DNA from: Octopus sinensis
Lineage: Eukaryota
Length of the DNA stretch: 64,000 nt
NCBI RefSeq assembly: GCF_006345805.1
Contig: NC_043004.1
Coordinates: forward strand, 62,930,001-62,994,000
Direction: 5' to 3'
In this document: in pieces, positions 26,888 through 40,540 of the stretch
Layout of the letters: each line of letters begins with the position of its first letter
How positions within the stretch are numbered: the stretch's first letter is position 1
The notes under the pieces: model-generated
Databases searched by the model: none
Told to the model about the DNA's origin: nothing
Seen by the model: the letters and a program-made list of their open reading frames with translations, nothing else
Translations under genes and position numbers: made by a program

Positions 26888-27100
26888 GAGGCGCAGGAGT
26901 GGCTGTGTGGTAAGTAGCATTGCTTGACAACCGATGCTGGTGAGTTTACGTCCCCGTTACTTAGCAGTTCGGCAAAAGAGACCGATAGAATAAGTACTGG
27001 GCTTACAAAATGAATAAGTTCCGGGGTCAAGTTGCTTGACTAAAAGGCGGTGCTCCAGCATGGCCGCAGTCAAATGACTGAAACAAGTAAAAGAGTAAAA
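26888..27100 (+). mobile_element. SINE with internal deletion
   Basis: Head ggcgcaggagtggctgtgtggtaagtagc is joined directly to attgcttgacaaccgatg of the 3' half. Confidence 0.75.
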
Positions 27101-29737
27101 GAATATACATATGTGTGTGCTTGCGTGGGAATGGCTTTTATAACTCTTGCTTTTTGTTTGAATCGTCAGAAATGATATTTTTATAGAAACAAATTACGCT
27201 TTTCTTGAAAGGACAGTCCGTATTCCTTGGAAGATTAATAATACACTCTGTAGCATCCATGGACATCGGCTATATGGTGTTCCTGCATTCATTTCTTCGG
27301 GAGATATGGCACAAATGGAGGATTAACAATTTTGACCAATTAGAGTTTTGATTGTGGTATGTGGGCATTTCTGTTTGTATTTGGTGGGGAGGAGTAGAAG
27401 GTGATGGAAAGTGAGGAAGTAATAGTTATAAGGATATGGTAGTGTATGTGGTGCTCTTGGAATTATTTTGATATTTGAGTATGCAGATTTCAGGATGTGT
27501 AGTATAATTCTCCGTTTTGGCGTCTCCTCAATGAATTCAGATATAGTCGGGTGATATTTTCTTTAACGACCATTTAATGCATTTTTGTGGTATAATAATA
27601 TAGCATATAGCATATGAAAATAGTGGTTATTTTCTTTAGTTGTGTATATGTTCTTCTCTTGTACTATTATATAGTACAATATCCAGTTAACATTGGAATA
27701 TATATACCATATACGTATATATACAATAGGATAGATACACACAGATGGAAACACACGAGCAGAACAAAGAGGTACACATTTTTTTAGTAATATTTATAAC
27801 TATGTATGATGGAATAAAGTTATGTCATATCATGAATGTATAAAATTGCTTAGTATTAAACGATGGGGCAGGTACCTGACGTTATGTGCCTGTGATGTGT
27901 TACGTTTAGAAATATCGGCAGTGGAGGTTAGTTTCAGTGGGTTTGGTTCTGGGCTAAGGCGATATAGTGCGCATACTATGCATCCGAATTTGAATAGTCA
28001 GTGCAATACTGTATTATGGTACTTTCAGACTGTTGTGGTACAGATACATATGATACTGTGTGGTCAATGTGTTGTATATGATGTATTATGAAGGAGCGCA
28101 AAGAGGAAGGCTGGAATGCAATGTATAGTGGTAATTCTGTATGATCGTGATTGTTGGATATAACACCATAGAATCCAGACGGCTTGAGTTGAAACCGAAC
28201 TATCAATGAATCGGTTTTTAAAAACATTTAACAGAAATTGTTGTTGCGTCAATCCGATAAACCATAGCTGGTGTTTTTCCAATATATGAGATCACTAAAC
28301 AGACAGTCAAGTTAATAACATCTCTAGTGCCGCAGGTCAAATAATCAGAAAGCAAAATTCTTATGGTCCAATGATACCATTACCTTTCTGGTTGTAAGGT
28401 GCATGAGACGGACCTCAGTGTAAATTTCCTGGATTCGTGTTAGTAGGTGTAGAGAAGCTATGGACTAAAATGTCACGAATAATACGTTTCCGCCCGAAAG
28501 TGGAGAAAGTATGTTCATCGAATATAAAATACTGGACATAGTTTAAAAGAAGAAGAAGGAAATCACGCAACATCAACAATTACCTAGATAAGGAATTAGG
28601 TGGGAATGCAACACAGTGAAGTATGACTAGATCAGGGGACGTCGGTTTGTAGATGACATCGTGTTTGCGATCTGGAAATTGTGAAATGGGTATTGAAGCT
28701 TTTGGATTTGGGGAGTGACAGTATGCAAAGATGGGGGAAGCCAAATGAGTAAGAAGCTTGCCGTTTATATAAAACAGACGCAATGAAGATGCTTGTGTTG
28801 TTAATGCAATAAGAAGCATCAAGAGTGTGTCTATATGTGTGTGTGAGCACGCTGGAGTGTGAGTATATGTGTGTGCGCTTGTGCGTGTGTGCGCGTGTGT
28901 ATGCGTGTGTGTATGAGCGCATATATCGGAGGACGACGACAGTGAAGTACTAATCGGTTTATGTAGCTTTTGTTAGAAGTGAGAAGCAAAACAGAAAATT
29001 AGGTCCTGATACGGGTTCCATATCATGAATGGAATGTTTCGCAAAACTGAAACTGATGCTTTCACAACAATGATCTTCCAAATTAATGAAATAATCGTTT
29101 GTGTTTCCGATTTGTATTTTCTTTTTGATGACTTAGGATACACCTTTATCGTTCGTTTGAAAAGTATATCTTTCAACGTTATAAAATTGGTAAACGTGGC
29201 AAAACTAACCCTATTTTTTACAGATACAATGTTTAGTGATTGAGTATATTTTATTTGTAATATAATGAAAAGATTCGGAATTTTAGCCAGGCAACGTTTA
29301 ATTTCATACACCCCTAAGTTTTGTTATTTGTAATTAGGAATTTGGCATGTGGGAAGTTCAGTAGCCTTTTCAACAACAGAAATATCATTTAAATCTCATT
29401 GAAGCAGCCCCGCCATTATAATTTTAAAAGAATAAAGAACACTAATACTTTCAGAATCAGACACGAACTTGATGATGAACTATGTCATACGTAAAGTGGA
29501 GCGAAACGATAATGGACAATATTTCTGTATTCATATTTGTATTGCATATATTAATAATCCATTTACATTCGTTTGTATACCTTTATATAAATACATTTAT
29601 ATAAACAAATGCATAGATGTGTATTCGAATGAGTTGATTATTGCTTTCTTGGGGAAGGAAAGAAATATCTACGTATTTAACTAAGACCTAATTTCTCAGG
29701 AAGAATTGCAAGCATAAAAACATTCATGACGACTTAC

Positions 29738-30919
29738 CTTGGTGAGTCTGTTCGAAACGTATGTAAAATCCTCTCCCATATCCTTTACTGTCGGAACGGA
29801 AAACAAAGGCCAGATGATCAGTATCAAGAACCATAGGAGGTGGTAATTTTCTACCTGTATAACGGCGAAAGAACCGTTTGCTCTCATCAACGAACGTAAT
29901 TTCGAGAACGTCTTTATTAAATTCTAAATCTAAATCTTCAAAAATCACTTTGATGCGAAAATCACGAGAAATTTGTACTTTCCATTCGCAGCTTTCGAAG
30001 CTTGCATATGCATAAGGGTAACCCCGATTTACAATCACTCCTTCATTTGTTGTCAATTTCATTCGGCATGAAGTTTGAGAATGAGCAAGAGCAACATCAG
30101 TATTGATATTGTTTATAAGACCTGTTGTTTCTCTTTGTATCGGTTCTTCAGCTGTTTTGTTGGTGGTTGTTTTAAGTTCACTTGAATTGTAAGAAACCGT
30201 CGAATTATTTGGAAGTGTTGTTGTTATCATAGATATATTAATTCGACTCGGCATTTTGGAGTTATTAGAGTAGATAAAGCTCTCATTACTATTAGATTGC
30301 CTTAATTCACTTGGCAACCTGTCTTCAGCTGTGAATGTTGCTTTAGACATTGTTGACTTTTTATTTCTTATGATTGGGTATACGAGTTCTAAATCATTTG
30401 TAAAAGATCTGTTGAACGTTTGACTCAGTTTCAATTTGGTCTTTTCTGTTGACAGATGAAATGATAATTGCGATCTTGACGGTGAAGATGTTGAGGACAG
30501 GCTTGTTAATGAGTAGTTAGAGTTGTTGGTCGGAATGGAAGAAGTGGTAGAAGGTGGAGTGAACAGTAATTGTGCTGTTAATAAAGAAGACGATAGCGTT
30601 GGCGACTGGGGCTGCCATGATAATAATGATGAAGATGATAATGGTGAAGATCTTATGTTGGATACTGGATACCTTGAAATGCTATGTTTCGCATGTTCTG
30701 GAATTGTAAGTGTTCTATTCCTTAATTTTAATGATAGTGTTATTTTAGATGTAGATATAGTCATCCTTTTCCTTCTTACTCTCTTTGTTGGTGATGTTCT
30801 CGTGGAGTCAGTTCTTGGTTTGATATATGTAGCAAATACTCTATCCTGATGATATCCATCCTTAAATTTCAGATGACTAGGAAACGAGGCAGATGAGTTA
30901 AACGAATTTGAGCGATGAC
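29738..30919 (-). CDS. CUB-domain gene large exon: furin-type site, Ser/Thr-rich stalk, CUB1
   Basis: Acceptor tatgtcttcgtag|GT; 1182 nt open frame (394 codons, phase 1-1). Contains RVRRKR, an S/T-rich region and CRMKLTTNEGVIVNRGYPYAY..CEW..DLEFNKDVLEI..FRSDSKGYGRGF. Donor CAAG|GTAAGT. Confidence 0.9.
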
Positions 30920-31739
30920 CTACGAAGACATAAAATGATACTCACTGATAACAAATAAAAAAAAGGCCGTGCACACAGACATACATACATGCATACATAC
31001 ATACATACATGGATACATACATACATACATACATACATACACGCGCGCGCGCGAACATATCGATGCACAAAAGTTCATTTACCCATATTTTTCCATAAAG
31101 AATAGGAAGGAAGATAATTAAATTGGATGCCATGCGGTATTACTTCTCATACTCCTCGTCCTTTTCTCATTAATCTTCCAGTTAAATTTTGACTTTATAC
31201 ATTCAGGGTCAGTAAGATATGTGTCAAACTATGGCTGGGTATTGGCGGACCTATAAGAAACTTGGAGGAGATGCATAGGTGTGTCCGTTCCAGATGTTTA
31301 CTCCTTGAAAAGAGGCTATACATGGCAATGGTTCTAACCGTCGCGCACCTAGATCGGTGTTATTTACGTAAAATGGGTGGTAAGAAATGTGAAGCCATGC
31401 ATTCTTAAAAAGTTACTACAAGCTTTTTAGAAACTTAGCTGGACATATCCTCACAAGTGCTGCTACAGGGTAAAACCTGACACACCGGCGCCCAGAAAGC
31501 AGTTTATTCATGGCTACCTTTTCGAAACTGAAAAGATATAAATTACGTGTACTCTATAGTAACGTATTGATTAACATAATTCCCATGGGCTACCATTCTA
31601 TTACTCTGTTTCTGAAAACAAGGATATCTGGAGAGTGTATGTAATGTGTCTCCTTTCTATAAGTGATGGGTTTTCTGTCATTTTGAATCTCACACAGATA
31701 TGCATCAGCGAAAGATATAAATATACACAAAGGGACGCT

Positions 31740-31791
<52 letters not shown>

Positions 31792-31988
31792 AAAACACAT
31801 GAATATATACATGGTGTGTTTGTATGTGTCGCTTTGTGGTAACAAGCTATCATTCCAACCACGTGATTCTGAATTTGGTTCAAATGCGGGGTAACTTAGG
31901 AAAGTGTTTCTGCTCTTGCCTCGGCCGGGCCTACCGAGGTCTTGTGAGGGGATATGGTAGATGAAAATTGAAAGAAGCTCGTAGTGTA

Positions 31989-32020
<32 letters not shown>

Positions 32021-32021
<1 letters not shown>

Positions 32022-35000
32022 AATCTAAATAAGAAGAAATCTCTGAGCTGATGAAGGAAAAGTGGCGTTTTACCCACAAATCCAGAAACAGACTGTCCTC
32101 GGGTATCGTATATGGATGTGATCTTTCATTGTTTTTCCCTTATACCTATGTGAGTTATTTTCTGAGTAGCATGTCTGGAGACTTTTATTTGCAGTTGAAG
32201 AAATAGCCATATTTTTGGCTGCTATTTCTGAAAAGTTCGGTGTGTGGTATAAAGTGAATTTTTTTACTTTACCATATTTTAAAATTAATACTTCAAATAC
32301 ACCGTAAATGGTCTTTACATACCGAATACTGCTTGGTCGAATTTATTAACAATTAATAATTCTACCCCCTTTTTTGATGACAATATAATACTTTTCTCTC
32401 CAAGAATTTGAACTACAGTTTTTACCTCTGTAGAAATGTAATGCTCTATGACTCACGTGGGTGGACAGGGAGAATAATAGATCTCATTCGTATTTTTGGA
32501 TTCGCTAGTACTGGGTGTCTGGCATGGTTTGTCCGATGTTACAGATCGGAAGGGTATGTTTGATTCTTAGTATTTTCAAATCTAAATAAGAAGAAATCTC
32601 TGAGCTGATGAAGGAAAAGTGGCGTTTTACCCACAAATCCAGAAACAGACTGTCCTCGGGTATCGTATATGGATGTGATCTTTCATTGTTTTTCCCTTAT
32701 ACCTATGTGAGTTATTTTCTGAGTATGCATTGTCTGGAGACTTTTATTTGCAGTTGAAGAAATAGCCATATTTTTGGCTGCTATTTCTGAAAAGTTCGGT
32801 GTGTGGTAAAGTGAATTTTTTTACTTTACCATATTTTTATAAATTAATACTTCAAATACACCGTAAATGGTCTTTACATACCGAATACTGCTTGGTCGAA
32901 TTTATTAACAATTAATTATTCTACCCTTTTTTGATGACAATATAATACTTTTCTCTCCAAGAATTTGAACTACAGTTTTTACCTCTGTAGAAATGTAATG
33001 CTCTATGACTCACGTGGGTGGACAGGGAGAATAATAGATCTCATTCGTATTTTTGGATTCGCTAGTACTGGGTGTCTGGCATGGTTTGTCCGATGTTACA
33101 GATATCGGACGGGTATGTTTGATTCTTAGTATTTTCAAATCTAAATAAGAAGAAATCTCTGAGCTGATGAAGGAAAAGTGGCGTTTTACCCACAAATCCA
33201 GAAACAGACTGTCCTCGGGTATCGTATATGGATGTGATCTTTCATTGTTTTTCCCTTATACCTATGTGAGTTATTTTCTGAGTATGCATTGTCTGGAGAC
33301 TTTTATTTGCAGTTGAAGAAATAGCCATATTTTTGGCTGCTATTTCTGAAAAGTTCGGTGTGTGGTAAAGTGAATTTTTTTACTTTACCATATTTTTATA
33401 AATTAATACTTCAAATACACCGTAAATGGTCTTTACATACCGAATACTGCTGGTCGAATTTATTAACAATTAATTAATTCTACCCCCTTTTTTGATGACA
33501 ATATAATACTTTTCTCTCCAAGAATTTGAACTACAGTTTTTACCTCTGTAGAAATGTAATGCTCTATGACTCACGTGGGTGACAGGGAGAATAATAGATC
33601 TCATTCGTATTTTTGGATTCGCTAGTACTGGGTGTCTGGAATGGTTTGTCCGATGTTACAGATATCGGACGGGTATGTTGATTCTTAGTATTTTCAAATC
33701 TAAATAAGAGAAATCTCTGAGCTGATGAAGGAAAAGGGCGTTTTACCCACAAATCCAGAAACAGACTGTCCTCGGGTATCGTATATGGATGTGATCTTTC
33801 ATTGTTTTTCCCTTATACCTATGTGAGTTATTTTCTGAGTATGCATTGTCTGGAGACTTTTATTGCAGTTGAAGAAATAGCCATATTTTTGGCTGCTATT
33901 TCTGAAAAGTTCGGTGTGTGGTAAAGTGAATTTTTTTACTTTACCATATTTTTATAAATTAATACTTCAAATACACCGTAAATGGTCTTTACATACCGAA
34001 TACTGCTTGGTCGAATTTATTAACAATTAATTATTCTACCCCCTTTTTGATGACAATATAATACTTTTCTCTCCAAGAATTTGAACTACAGTTTTTACCT
34101 CTGTAGAAATGTAATGCTCTATGACTCACGTGGGTGGACAGGGAGAATAATAGATCTCATTCGTATTTTTGGATTCGCTAGTACTGGGTGTCTGGCATGG
34201 TTTGTCCGATGTTACAGATATCGGACGGGTATGTTTGATTCTTAGTATTTTCAAATCTAAATAAGAAGAAATCTCTGAGCTGATGAAGGAAAAGTGGCGT
34301 TTTACCCACAAATCCAGAAACAGACTGTCCTCGGGTATCGTATATGGATGTGATCTTTCATTGTTTTTCCCTTATACCTATGTGAGTTATTTTCTGAGTA
34401 TGCATTGTCTGGAGACTTTTATTTGCAGTTGAAGAAATAGCCATATTTTTGGCTGCTATTTCTGAAAAGTTCGGTGTGTGGTAAAGTGATTTTTTTACTT
34501 TACCATATTTTTATAAATTAATACTTCAAATACACCGTAAATGGTCTTTACATACCGAATACTGCTTGGTCGAATTTATTAACAATTAATTAATTCTACC
34601 CCCTTTTTTGATGACAATATAATACTTTTCCTCCAAGAATTTGAACTACAGTTTTTACCTCTGTAGAAATGTAATGCTCTATGACTCACGTGGGTGGACA
34701 GGGAGAATAATAGATTCTCTTCGTATTTTTGGATTCGCTAGTACTGGGTGTCTGGCATGGTTTGTCCGATGTTACAGATATCGGACGGGTATGTTTGATT
34801 CTTAGTATTTTCAAATCTAAATAAGAAGAAATCTCTGAGCTGATGAAGGAAAAGTGGCGTTTTACCCACAAATCCAGAAACAGAATGTCCTCGGGTATCG
34901 TATATGGATGTGATCTTTCATTGTTTTTCCCTTATACCTATGTGAGTTATTTTCTGAGTATGCATTGTCTGGAGACTTTTATTTGCAGTTGAAGAAATAG

Positions 35001-35086
35001 CCATATTTTTGGCTGCTATTTCTGAAAAGTTCGGTGTGTGGTAAAGTGATTTTTTTACTTTACCATATTTTTATAAATTAATACTT
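32021..35086 (+). repeat. Tandem array of ~557-560-bp units (5.5 copies), each with a hammerhead motif (retrozyme/Penelope-like)
   Basis: The CTGATGA core recurs at 32048, 32605, 33164, 33722, 34280 and 34840. Units are near-identical and the array is flanked by (TA)n on both sides. Confidence 0.95.
32043..32103 (+). ncRNA. Type I hammerhead ribozyme motif (first of six array copies)
   Basis: Stem I CUGAG/CUCGG; CUGAUGA; stem II GGA..GUGG/CCAC..UCC; GAAA; stem III ACAG-A-CUGU; predicted GUC cleavage after 32097 (others 32654, 33213, 33770, 34329, 34889). Confidence 0.75.
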
Positions 35087-35214
35087 TTATATATATATAT
35101 ATAGGCTCGAAACGTAAAAGACTTGTTTTATTTCTATTCCTCAGCGCCATAGTAATACATTATTTGTTTGTACTCCACCTGCCTTCGTCTTTTGTTTATT
35201 TTCGTAAACCTTCC

Positions 35215-35440
35215 CGTTATATATATATATATAAGTATGTATTTGTATTTGTGTCTGTGTTTGTTACCCCACCATCGGTTGACAACCGATGTTGGTGTGG
35301 TTACGTCCCCGTAACTTGGCAGTTCTGCGAAAGAACCGATAGAATAAGTCTCGGGGTCGATTTGTTCGAATAAAAGTCGTGCTCCAGCATGGCTGCAGTC
35401 AAATGGCTGAAACAAGTAAAGGAATAAAAGTAAAGAATAT
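35215..35440 (+). mobile_element. SINE 3' half
   Basis: gacaaccgatgttggtgt..gaaccgatagaataagt..gctccagcatggctgcagtcaaatg matches the 46064 copy. Confidence 0.75.
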
Positions 35441-36732
35441 ATGTTATATGTGTGTGTGTGTGTGCGTGTAATTATATACATGAGTCTGTGTCAGTGAGAA
35501 TGCAACGAAGTGAAATTACAATTAAAACTACATGTATTGGCGACAGTACACATCTGGTTGACTAGGTGTTTAAGACTTTTCATGCGCACCAAACCCACAT
35601 GTCTTTTTCACTAAAGTTTGAAATGCAAAATTTGAAAGTCAAATCATTCGTTATTTATTTGTGTGCGTGTGCGCGCGCGTGCGTGTGTGGGTGTGCGCGC
35701 GCGTGCGTGTGTGTTTGTGTGTATTCGGTTTTGATTGTATAATTGCGGTTGTTTGCGAATGTATCTGTAAATTTCTACATACATCCAAATCGAATATAAA
35801 TAAGACAAATCATTTAATAAATATATTTCTCGGCTTACCTTCGTAAAATTGCTTACCAAATATTGGAATTATTAATCCGATATACATACACAAGAGTACA
35901 GACATATTTGTATATTTTTGCTGCTATTTCTACCTCTCGTAAATTACAAATAGTTCCGTTGTCCGTGTCAATTGATATTATTTGTTTCGTTTTTACGTTT
36001 TAGGATTAGACTTATTTTCCTTCAGTTCGTTTGTTTTCAAATTTTCTTGTATTTTTGTGTCAATATTCGAATCCCCCCTGCTTATGATTCGCTTCAACTG
36101 TCTCCCGTAGAAACTTGTAGTGTTTTCTGGGAAATTCGTTTCGATGAAACTCTTCCTTGTATTGTAAGTGATCCGTTCTTTGAATAGGAAACGAAGTTAA
36201 GCAAGATTCATTGAATTTAATTCCTACCAGAGTTGTTTCGATTCTCTTGAGAACCGTTGCTACTGACATCTGGATACTGTTTTGTTATTTTGTTATCCAT
36301 CCTAATGGGTTGAACTTTTACAAAGAGAAAACGGAACTTCATCGCTTGATTGATGGTTGGTGTTTAGATGTGAATAACAAGCAAGGAGAGAGAAATAGAC
36401 AGAAACAAGAGAAGAGAGAGAGTGAGACAGCGCTGGACAGAGGTGGACATGTGTTTGCAGGACTACGTTGTGTAAATACAAAACAAAAATAAGACAAGGA
36501 CTGAATTACGAATTAGGAGTCGATGGGGACAGAGAAGCAGGAGGAATGCGATAAAAGTGAGGTGAGGAAAGCTGGTGTGTAAAGGTCGCAGTCAGTGTAA
36601 AGAGCGAAAAGCAAATATACTTAGTAACAAAGATCGGTGAAATGTTGGAAAAGCAATGCTATGTTACATCGATACACAAATACAAACACATACACAGACA
36701 CACACACATAAACATATACAGCTACGTAAAAG

Positions 36733-36766
<34 letters not shown>

Positions 36767-37410
36767 TACATGCATATATATATATATATATATAATATAT
36801 ATATTATATATATATATATATACTTAATAATTAGGGTTCAGTAAAGATTTGCTTTACCACATACCGAAGTTTAGAAATAGCAGCCAAAAACCGTTAGCTA
36901 GTTCTTCTACTTTAAAAAGGGACTCCCAGAAAAAACCAAAATACTCGAAAACAATCCACACAGGATTATATATATATATATATAGCGACGTATGATATTA
37001 TATACACATGAATGCAAGGTCAAATACATCCGTACATACGTAATACTGAAACATTCATACATGTACGCGAAACCGATCGCCCATACATGGTATTGCGTGA
37101 AGTCGTCTTTAGATATAATGTGAAAGATTTTCAATAATCATATAATTTTCTCTCAACCTACACATAAACACAAACACATGCATACTGATATATATATATA
37201 TATATATACATGTGTGTGTCTGTGTGTATGTGTATATGTGTGTATATACATACATACATGTACATATATATATATAGTGGGTTAAAAAGCAACGTTGCTT
37301 GGAAAGGTGAAGCAGTTCTTTATGTGTTTTAATTATTTTAATTTATTACCCTCATATTGACGATATATATATATATATATATATAATATATATATATAAT
37401 ATATATATAT

Positions 37411-37464
<54 letters not shown>

Positions 37465-37484
37465 CATACATAGATACATAGATA

Positions 37485-38335
37485 CTAGCAGCTAAGCCCG
37501 GTATCACCCGAACGTTTTGGATGATGTGGCTGTAAAACGTGCTCTGTATAAGCATTCGATTTGTTTGGTCAAGCTTGCGTTAAAAAAAAAATATGAAATA
37601 CTTTTTTCTGTCAAAACGGTAAAAATAACTGACCAACAAAATAATACCATCATTCAACCAAATCAAAAAATAAACTCAAATACTAAGCAAACAAAGGTGA
37701 ACCATCCCACTTCCTTTGCGCCGCAAACGCACACGCACACACAAACACACACACACGCGTACACACACATTCACATAATCCCCTTTTACATACACACATA
37801 TATTCACACATTGTTGAAACGTTGTTTGATTTATTATTTCAGCGACAATTTTCATCATCCCACTACCAAGTATGACATCACCCTCTTCCTTCCTTACTCA
37901 TCTATCCCTCTTCCTTTCTCATTCATAAACACAAAAGTATTATTATAGTAGATTATCTCAATAACCATGGGAGCTATGAAAATAATACAAAGTCTAGCAT
38001 CACCACCGAATCATTCAACACATCTCTATAAATTTTCGCGCAATCCCACCCAGCCGTTTTGACCATAAATGCCAAGACAAGAAACAATCGCCCATGTCAA
38101 ATTCAAATGTATAGATATTGGAAAATGTCCAAGGTCCTTGGCATAGTTTGGTATGTTTGAAAAAATAAAACGAATGCTTTCACACGTAGTTCTAATCAGC
38201 TAAACTTATTATTTCTTGATTTTTTTAGTAATGTAAGTTTTACACATTTGTTCATATTTCTTCAAACCAAAATATATAATTTATATTACGAAGTTAAGCT
38301 GATTAGAAGACATATTTTTCTTTTTTCAAATGTAT

Positions 38336-38340
<5 letters not shown>
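37485..38340 (-). mobile_element. Non-autonomous Helitron
   Basis: Minus strand: A|TCTATATAC at 38340; hairpin cgggtgataccgggc then CTAG|T at 37485. Confidence 0.65.
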
Positions 38341-38426
<86 letters not shown>

Positions 38427-38443
38427 TAGATATATATATATAT

Positions 38444-38534
<91 letters not shown>
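38341..38534. repeat. (GATA)n microsatellite
   Basis: Direct inspection. Confidence 0.95.
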
Positions 38535-38535
<1 letters not shown>

Positions 38536-38853
38536 GGTGGAATGAGAGGCAACGAGGTAAGGTTCAAATACATTTCAACAGTAAATAGTTGTGGCAAGGG
38601 AAGGAGACATCGATCGCTAAAAAAATTGCATGCATTTGCTAGCAAATTTTGCCCGTCACTATGATGTACTTCTGGAATGTTTTATTGTATTTTTTATTTT
38701 TAGTTTGTCTCCTCTCATTCGCACTCTGTGTCTCTCACTCCCTTTCATTATTTTCCTCTGTCTCTTTGCCTCCCTTTATTGCACCTACATCTGCACATAC
38801 ATTCACACTCGTAGGCATATACCGCTATGTGGACGTTCGAGTATATATATGTG

Positions 38854-38903
<50 letters not shown>

Positions 38904-39070
38904 TATATATATTATATATACATACTCATATATATATATATATATATACACCACACATATATATATGTATACATATATAGACATATAGATATATATACGT
39001 ATATATATATACACACGCATACATATATATATACATATATACACAAGCACACACAGACAGATATATAAGA

Positions 39071-39175
<105 letters not shown>

Positions 39176-39179
39176 ATGT

Positions 39180-39313
39180 AGGTCCCGGGTTGATCCGGGG
39201 TTAACCACAGTAAGTAAGGTACTCAATACATAGTAGAGTAAAATTAATTTATTATATAGAAGGAGCTTCTACAGGACTAGTACTGTTTCATTCAAGAGAA
39301 ATCTTCAGAAGCT
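39180..39313 (-). mobile_element. Penelope-like terminal repeat with hammerhead motif (same family as the 20561 palindrome)
   Basis: 39180-39300 matches the reverse complement of 20630-20757. Core CUGAAGA-UUUC-UCUU-GAAU-GAAAC; one C is missing before the core relative to the 20.6-kb copy. Confidence 0.7.
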
Positions 39314-40139
39314 ATTTAACAAGAATTGTATTAGCATTTATACATTTAGGCAGGTTTAAAGGAGTGGTGGTGGGGGACTTTTTTGGGGGTAGGCATAGCG
39401 CAAATATCATACTTGGGGAGTGGTCAAGGAGTCAGTGGTAAGTTAGATGAAAGAATAGATAAATAAAAATAAAATAAAAAATAAAAAATAAAAAATAATA
39501 AAAAATAAAAAATAAAAAAGATAAAAAAAATAAAAAAATAAAATGTGTGCACATACATACATAAACACATATACATACACACACACATACGTACACATGT
39601 GTACTTTCCTTCTGTTTAATTCATTGTTTTTCGCGCAATGTTTTTCCGTTTCTTTCTAAATCTTTATACCCCTAAATGTCGTGATTGTCCCCATCCCTTC
39701 TTATTTCCTTGAATCAACAATGGTGAGATCACTTCTGCCCGGTTTAAAATGCCGTTTAGCCCAGTCTCCGTTTGTTTGATCGCTCTTCCCACATATTGAC
39801 TGAACGTCGATTGCGCCTGTTTTATAGGTTCTTATATATTTGATTTTCCTTTTCTTCCGCTTTTATTTGTTCCTTTGAACTTACTTGATTTCTTTACCTT
39901 CGAGGTATTTCCAAACAGATTTACATACCTTGATACAATTTCAAATAATGATTCACACAACATTCTTAACTTTCTTTGTAAAAAACTTTATTTTTAGATT
40001 GTGATTTTCCTTTCTTTGTTTTTTAATGTGATTACTTGTACACATATGTGTCTGTACATATATGTCAGTATTTTTAAGCTTTAATATCTATGAATATGCA
40101 TGTGAATGTACCTATGTATGTATATGCATCATCATCATC

Positions 40140-40325
40140 ATCATCACCATCATCGTTTAGCGTCCGCTTTCCATGCTAGCATGGGTTGGACGGTTCAACT
40201 GGGGTCTGGGAAGCCAGAAGGCTGCACCAGGCCCATTCTGATTTGGCAATGTTTCTACAGCTAGATGCCCTTCCTAACGCCAACCACTCCGAAAGTGTAG
40301 TGGGTGCGTTTTACGTGCCACCAGA
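40140..40325 (-). mobile_element. SINE-like repeat 3' portion with (CAT)n end
   Basis: catcatcgtttagcgtccgctttccatgctagcatgggttggacgg...cgtgccacc; recognised as a common octopod repeat from memory only. Confidence 0.5.
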
Positions 40326-40330
40326 ACAGC

Positions 40331-40402
<72 letters not shown>

Positions 40403-40447
40403 ATGCATAGGTATGTATATATATATATATGTGCATATGTGGGTAAT

Positions 40448-40500
<53 letters not shown>

Positions 40501-40504
40501 TAGC

Positions 40505-40540
<36 letters not shown>

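Noticed and set aside
28973-29311. 112-aa minus-strand ORF as an extra exon
   Set aside because: No recognisable domain or convincing splice sites; not needed for frame continuity.
29470-29520. TTGATGA...GCGAAAC hammerhead candidate
   Set aside because: No convincing stem II or stem I pairing.
32021-35086. Array as CRISPR, or as coding repeats (61-aa MWVKRHF.. ORFs)
   Set aside because: No repeat-spacer pattern and the context is eukaryotic. The ORF is broken by indels in some units and has no recognisable domain.
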